DNA of 64,000 nucleotides from Lysobacterales bacterium (GTDB lineage Bacteria; Pseudomonadota; Gammaproteobacteria; Xanthomonadales; Xanthomonadaceae): NCBI GenBank assembly GCA_038252715.1, contig JBBSAA010000001.1, positions 251 to 64,250 of the forward strand, read 5' to 3'. Shown piece by piece: positions 59,996 to 64,000 of this stretch (position 1 is its first letter; each line of letters starts with the position of its first letter). The notes under the pieces were generated by a model. It saw only the letters and a program-made list of their open reading frames with translations, ran no database searches and was not told where the DNA came from. The position numbers and the translations under genes were made by a program.

Positions 59996-60306
59996 GTACC
60001 GGCCTTCGATTCGCGCCGCGCACCGGCCGGCACATCGGCCGCGTGGCCGCGACCGACCATAGAATCGTCAAGCAATGCCAGCAGCGCGCGCGCGTAAACC
60101 GGATGCGTCACGATGCGCGTATGGATTGGCGTAGCCAACTCGTCGGTGTAGGACTCACCGAACTCGATCACCACTTCCAGCGCGTTGTGGCCGATCTTAA
60201 AAAAATTGGCGTAACGACCCACAGCCGTCGACGCCCGGCAACCTTCAGCTACACCGACTTCTCCCGGCGTTTCTTCCTGCCCGCTTGCCGCATCGCGATT
60301 GGCCAT
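59992..60306 (-). CDS. DUF3467-like small protein, first gene of the CIS operon
   Basis: GRYANFFKIGH...EFG...RIVTHP..ARALL; stop overlaps the ATPase start. Confidence 0.7.
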   Translation of the reverse strand: MANRDAASGQEETPGEVGVAEGCRASTAVGRYANFFKIGHNALEVVIEFGESYTDELATPIHTRIVTHPVYARALLALLDDSMVGRGHAADVPAGARRESKAGT

Positions 60307-60343
60307 GGTGCCTGTGCCCCGAACCTGCGTCGGAGTTCATCAA

Positions 60344-60359
60344 TGCAAGGCACGTGCCA
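60344..60359 (-). promoter_or_regulatory. sigma54 (-24/-12) promoter of the CIS operon
   Basis: Minus strand TGGCACGTGCCTTGCA matches TGGCAC-N5-TTGCA exactly, ~38 bp upstream of the first ATG. Confidence 0.88.
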
Positions 60360-60513
60360 TCGGCCCATGAGCCTTCGAAAGCCGCGCGGCCGCTGCGTGT
60401 GCTCAGCTGCAACGCAAAAATATCGACATGCGTGTCACAGGTAAATCGATCACTTGTGGGGTGATAGAAATTCACTGCCCGCAAAAAGTCACGTCCTTGC
60501 GCGGTTGCGATCA

Positions 60514-60556
60514 CTGTTACACCGCCTGTTACACCGGGTGTGACAGCGTTACACCG
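60514..60556. repeat. Clustered GTTACACC direct/inverted repeats (putative upstream activator sequence)
   Basis: CTGTTACACCG at 60514 and 60526, inverted GGTGTGACAG at 60537, CGTTACACCG at 60547. Confidence 0.7.
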
Positions 60557-60676
60557 ATAGGCGCACACCTGCGACGCCGACGCGCGGGAGCGCGCGGCGC
60601 CATGGCGGCGATGTCAAAGTGCAGTCAGCAAGAAGACGATGCGATACGGCGGACCCGCAGACGGGCGATGCGCCCG

Positions 60677-61621
60677 TCAGGGTGCCGGCAGGCGAACTGG
60701 CGCCGAAATGTGGTACTTGGTCAATTTTCGGTACAGCGTCATGCGCGAGCAATTGAGCTCTTCGGCCGCGCGGCATTTGTTCCAGCGGGTCGCGAACAGG
60801 GCGGCGATGATCCTGTCGCGCTCTTGGTCATCGTCGCTGGTCGCCCGTTCGGCCATTGATGCCAGTGGCGCGGGCAAATCAGCCGGGGTGATGCCATGCG
60901 CAGGCGGATCAATGAAGATGGCCTCGACCACGTTGCGCAGTTCTCGGACGTTGCCCGGCCAGTGGTAACGCAACAGACAGGCCAGCGCCTGTTCGGAGAT
61001 GCCCGCAACCTCGCGCCCCGACGACCGGCTCATGATGCCCACGTAGTGCATGAACAACTCGGCGATATCGCCACGCCGCTCGCGCAACGGCGGCAGGTGC
61101 ACGCGGGCGACGTTGAGCCGGAAGAACAGGTCGGCGCGGAATCTCTGCTGGACCAGCAGCGATTCAAGGTCCTGGTTGGTCGCAGCGATAAAACGCACGT
61201 TGATCGGCTCGGGATGGCGCCCGCCCAGGCGCGAGACTTCCCGCGCTTCGATCACGCGCAGCATCTTGGCCTGCATAGACAATGGCATCTCGCCGATTTC
61301 ATCAAGCAGCACCGTGCCGCCTTCAGCGAGCTTGAGCTTGCCCGGATAACTGGTGTTCGCGCCGGTAAACGCGCCCCGTTCGTACCCAAACAGCTCGCTT
61401 TCGAACAAGGACTCGGGCACCGCCGCACAATTGATGCTGACGAAGGGCTGGGCACCGCGCGCGCTTTGCTGGTGGATCAGCTGAGCGATCATTTCTTTGC
61501 CGGTGCCGGTCTCGCCGGTGAGCAGCACTGTGCAATCGCTAGCCGCCACCTTGCCTACATAGACGAGGACATCGCGAATGCTGGGACTGACTGCTATCAG
61601 GGGAGACTGGTACGGCTGCAT
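60677..61621 (-). CDS. sigma54-dependent enhancer-binding activator lacking an N-terminal sensor domain
   Basis: GETGTGKE, ELFGYERGAFTGA, LDEIGE, WPGNVREL, Fis-type HTH SRMTLYRKL; AAA domain starts within ~10 residues of the N-terminus. Confidence 0.92.
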   Translation of the reverse strand: MQPYQSPLIAVSPSIRDVLVYVGKVAASDCTVLLTGETGTGKEMIAQLIHQQSARGAQPFVSINCAAVPESLFESELFGYERGAFTGANTSYPGKLKLAEGGTVLLDEIGEMPLSMQAKMLRVIEAREVSRLGGRHPEPINVRFIAATNQDLESLLVQQRFRADLFFRLNVARVHLPPLRERRGDIAELFMHYVGIMSRSSGREVAGISEQALACLLRYHWPGNVRELRNVVEAIFIDPPAHGITPADLPAPLASMAERATSDDDQERDRIIAALFATRWNKCRAAEELNCSRMTLYRKLTKYHISAPVRLPAP

Positions 61622-62459
61622 TGGCGAACCACGGCGGGGGCGGGGTCCCAAGAAAAACTAATGAGGGCAGCGGGTTCGACGGCGCGCGTTGGCGCCGGTC
61701 GATACCCCCGATATCCGGAAGCTGCACGTTACTCCAACGCAGCGCCGGGGAAAACCGGACAGAGCCGGCGGTTGCGTGCAGCAGGCGCCCAAAACAGGAA
61801 ACCCCCACGCCCGAAACGCACCAGCCCGGGCCACTTTGCCGTCCGTTTCGCTGCAGCGCGTCATTTCAACAGAATAGGACGCTGGATTTTGCGGCCGACT
61901 TAACGAAGCCAGGCGTCCTATCGCGACGGACACGATCTAGGCTCAACTGCCGACCGGGCATCGCGGTCGCTCGCTCCAAGCTTTCTGCAGTACCTCATTG
62001 CCGCAGGAGTGGCTGCGAGACGAGGCAAAGTCTCTTCCGTGCAGCGATCTAGGTCGGGAATCCCACCTTTGGCGGGAAATTAATTTGGACTGCTTCCGGA
62101 ACGGCAACTGCTAGCACCGGCCGGTGGCTACGCTTGACGGTGCCTAACTGCCGGTGTCGATCGAATACCTTGGAATGAGGAGAACCCTACGTCAAATCTG
62201 ACATTCGCCAGCCCATCAACCAAGTTCATTGATTGCGACGTCCCGTCTTGTGCGGTGGCGCGCAATGATGTGCGTGCCTCTGCGCAAAGCGACGTCCTAC
62301 TTCGATCGCCGCGCGAAGCGGACTGGTGCGCAACGAGGCGGAACGCCGAAACGATTACGGCCCTGACTACTCGGCCAGTGCGCGCCAGGGGCCAACCTCG
62401 CCGTTGGCCAAGCAGTTCAGCCCACAGCAAGTTTGCCGTGATTCCCCTTGCCCCTGCCT

Positions 62460-62492
62460 AAAACCGCCCACCGGTATTCTCTGGTGGACAGC
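62460..62492 (-). terminator. Probable ssb terminator
   Basis: Minus strand GCTGTCCACC...GGTGGGCGGT hairpin (with G-U pairs) followed by a short T run. Confidence 0.5.
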
Positions 62493-62502
62493 GTGACAGT
62501 TC

Positions 62503-63012
62503 TTAGAACGGGATGTCGTCGTCTGGGAACGGCTCGTCATTGCGGGTCGGCATCGGCGCATTGCCGCCGCCGCTGTTGCCACCACCACGGGGCGCGCTGC
62601 TGCCGCCGCCACGATTGCCATAGCCTTCACCGCCAGCGCTCGATTCGCGCGGGGCACGATCACCACCGCCGCCATCCATGCGCCCGCCGAGCATTTGCAT
62701 CTCGTTGGCGATGATGTCGGTGCTGTATTTCTCAACGCCCTGCTTGTCGGTGTATTTCTCGGTACGCAGCGAGCCTTCGATGTAGACCTGCCCGCCTTTC
62801 TTGAGGTACTCGCCGGCGATCTCGGCCAATTTGCCGAAGAACTTCACGCGGTGCCACTCCGTGCGCTCCTGCTTCTCACCATTCTTGTCCTTCCAGGACT
62901 CGTTGGTGGCAATGGACACACTGGTCAGGGCCGAACCGCTCTGCGAGTAGCGGACTTCCGGGTCCTTGCCCAGAGTGCCGACCAGAATCACCTTGTTGAT
63001 GCCACGCGCCAT
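62503..63012 (-). CDS. ssb: Single-stranded DNA-binding protein
   Basis: [17 protein letters not shown]-terminal DDDIPF. Confidence 0.97.
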   Translation of the reverse strand: MARGINKVILVGTLGKDPEVRYSQSGSALTSVSIATNESWKDKNGEKQERTEWHRVKFFGKLAEIAGEYLKKGGQVYIEGSLRTEKYTDKQGVEKYSTDIIANEMQMLGGRMDGGGGDRAPRESSAGGEGYGNRGGGSSAPRGGGNSGGGNAPMPTRNDEPFPDDDIPF

Positions 63013-63305
63013 GTCAGTACCTTCCTGAAGTCGGTGTTTCTTGAAGTCTCAAGTATACCCAGCCGGGTCTCAAAGCCGGCGACTGCTGACCGGGCCGTCG
63101 GGATTTTCCGGACTAGGACGTCAGGCGGGATTGCGCCCGAGCGGCAAACTGCGGGTGGTTTGCCTCCGATCTTATTCCGGTCCGGCATGTAGAGATTGCA
63201 TATCGCAATAAGTAGCTGATTGATAAAGACTATCTTGGGAAAGTAATCCCCTATAGGTTCAGTCTGGAATATCCCCCGGCGTCTTGCCGGGCTGAGCTCA
63301 TCGCC

Positions 63306-63728
63306 GTGCTGACCATGAAAGCCAAATACGCCCTCCGTGCCCTTTCCGTGCTGGCGGCCGCCGAGCCGGCGCCGCGCCAGGCCCGGCAGATCGCCGAGCA
63401 GGCCTTGATCCCGGGCAAGTTTCTGGAGGCGATCCTGGTCGAGTTGCGCAAAACCGGCCTGGTCGATAGCAAACGCGGCGCCTTGGGCGGCCACCGCCTG
63501 TCTCGGCCGGCCGCCGAGATCACGATCGGCGAAATCGTCCGGGTTATCGACGGCCCGATCGCGCCGCTGCGCTGCGCCAGCATCACTGCCTACCGGCCCT
63601 GCCCCGACTGCGCCGATCCTGACCGCTGCGCGCTGCGTCTGCTGATGGGCGACGTGCGCGAGGCGATGTCGGACGTGATCGATCACCGCAGCCTGCGCCA
63701 GCTTCGCGATGACGGCGCCAAGCCATGA
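63306..63728 (+). CDS. Rrf2 family transcriptional regulator of a sulfate operon
   Basis: [21 protein letters not shown], Cys-rich [13 protein letters not shown]...C. Confidence 0.9.
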   Translation: MLTMKAKYALRALSVLAAAEPAPRQARQIAEQALIPGKFLEAILVELRKTGLVDSKRGALGGHRLSRPAAEITIGEIVRVIDGPIAPLRCASITAYRPCPDCADPDRCALRLLMGDVREAMSDVIDHRSLRQLRDDGAKP

Positions 63729-64000
63729 ACCGATTTATACCGCCATTGACTGCCTTTGTTCTCGGTGCGGTCCTGAGTCTGGCCACCGGCCTCACCCAGG
63801 CCAAAGACGTCGAACTGCTCAACGTGTCCTACGACCCAACTCGAGAGTTCTACGCCGACGTCAACAAAACCTTTGCCGCCCAGTGGCAGGCCCAGACCGG
63901 CGACACGCTGCGGATCAATGCCTCACACGGCGGTTCGGGCAAACAGGCGCGCGCCGTGATCGACGGCTTGGAGGCCGACGTCGTCACCCTCGCACTCGCC
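63725..64000 (+). CDS. sbp: Sulfate ABC transporter substrate-binding protein (partial, missing from the ORF track)
   Basis: Hand translation ...[13 protein letters not shown]...[25 protein letters not shown]; ATGA overlap with the Rrf2 gene. Confidence 0.93.
   Translation, partial: MNRFIPPLTAFVLGAVLSLATGLTQAKDVELLNVSYDPTREFYADVNKTFAAQWQAQTGDTLRINASHGGSGKQARAVIDGLEADVVTLALA

Larger units (their letters stand above)
30634..61621 (-). other. Contractile injection system (eCIS/CIS, Afp/PVC-like) gene cluster with its regulator
   Basis: Co-oriented sheath, tube, Pvc16-like cap, chaperone, LysM tube initiator, gpD, gpV, PAAR, gp25, two baseplate-J genes, gpI-domain protein, AAA ATPase and DUF4157 proteins; no capsid, terminase or TssJLM. 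Confidence 0.93.

Noticed and set aside
30634-60306. Prophage or type VI secretion system
   Set aside because: No capsid, portal, terminase or integrase; no TssJ/L/M, TssA or ClpV; single-gene sheath plus Pvc16-like, Afp15-like and DUF4157 genes indicate a CIS
60514-60556. CRISPR or iteron interpretation of the GTTACACC repeats
   Set aside because: Units are too short, there are no spacers, and no cas or rep gene; the position fits a sigma54 enhancer
1-64000. tRNA, rRNA, CRISPR arrays, IS elements, and the many short overlapping ORFs and extended N-termini in the track
   Set aside because: No such RNA or mobile features were recognisable by eye; the overlapping ORFs are GC-rich shadow frames, and starts were reassigned using RBS and stop/start overlaps

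Overview
High-GC bacterial chromosome segment, probably Xanthomonadales/Lysobacterales (inferred from gene content). It has four blocks. (1) 1-18.6 kb is a micro-oxic/denitrification cluster: hemN, an FNR-type regulator, qNor, nnrS, nirK fused to cytochrome c, nirV-like, SCO, ccoNOQP-GHIS and a second FNR-type regulator, with four FNR-like boxes. (2) 18.6-30.5 kb holds S9 peptidases, OPT/POT peptide transporters and rmlBACD. (3) 30.6-61.6 kb is a ~31 kb minus-strand contractile injection system (eCIS/CIS, Afp/PVC-like) between rmlB and ssb. It has its own sensor-less sigma54 activator, a perfect -24/-12 promoter with enhancer repeats, two giant paralogous DUF4157 cargo proteins sharing a nuclease-like domain, a textbook -1 frameshift signal in the tail chaperone gene, three paralogous fibre/adaptor proteins, and no visible lysis or immunity genes. 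(4) The end carries ssb, an Rrf2 regulator and the start of sbp. All family assignments come from motif recognition by eye; no database search was run.
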